Positions 63,631-64,000 of a stretch of DNA of 64,000 nucleotides are shown piece by piece (within the stretch, counting starts at the first letter, position 1; every line of letters begins with the position of its first letter). Made by a program: the position numbers and the translations under genes. This stretch comes from Octopus vulgaris (Eukaryota). The DNA lies in the NCBI GenBank assembly GCA_951406725.2, contig OX597815.1, positions 75,516,001 through 75,580,000 on the forward strand, read 5' to 3'. The notes below the pieces were generated by a model. The model was not told where the DNA came from, searched no databases, and saw only the letters and a program-made list of their open reading frames with translations.

Positions 63631-64000
63631 TATTCCTGGAGTTCTTAATCAATTATGCATTTGAATTTCTTCTAAACGTACCTGAATGTGTGTGAGTGTA
63701 TGTGTGTGTGTGTGTATTAATCTTAATTTCTTGCTCATTTATTTCTCTAAATGTTTTAAGAATTTTATGGGAATTTCTTTGCAGTTTTCTTCAAAATGTC
63801 TTTCGCTTCTACTTTCTTGTATCATCGTACACAATTTATTCATTTTATCTTTCTTTTTTCTTTTTGTATTTGCTTTCGCCTCTTCTCTGTCCTTATTTTC
63901 TCAATTATCATCATCATCATCGTCGTAGTCATCATTATTGTCTTTTATTATAGAATTTCTGAAAAGTTACTAAAGAAAATGTGTATATACATACACACAT

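Overview
AT-rich, microsatellite-saturated animal genomic DNA. The (TA)n/(CA)n/(TAA)n/(GATA)n load and the SINE families suggest an octopus or other coleoid cephalopod; this is inference, not a database result. Almost all ORFs in the supplied track are translated microsatellites. Real content: (1) a probable + strand host gene with a CCAAT-containing promoter, a phase-1 first coding exon (4036-4102), a candidate 15-nt microexon (7807-7821) and a candidate alternative phase-1 first exon (48043-48109), so most of the window is probably intron; (2) decayed transposons: R4/Dong-like RLE LINE ends in (TAA)n, a CR1-group LINE 3' end, a Tc1, two mariners, MITEs, a hAT remnant and three tRNA-derived SINE families; (3) the most interesting signal, a set of short non-coding, mutually divergent inserts in or beside (TA)n tracts. 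Several carry minimal type-I hammerhead ribozyme folds with palindromic stem III, and several have an 'inverted arm + full arm + tail' architecture. They look like non-autonomous Penelope-like/retrozyme elements targeting TA microsatellites. Coordinates and pairings were read by eye and repeat boundaries are approximate.
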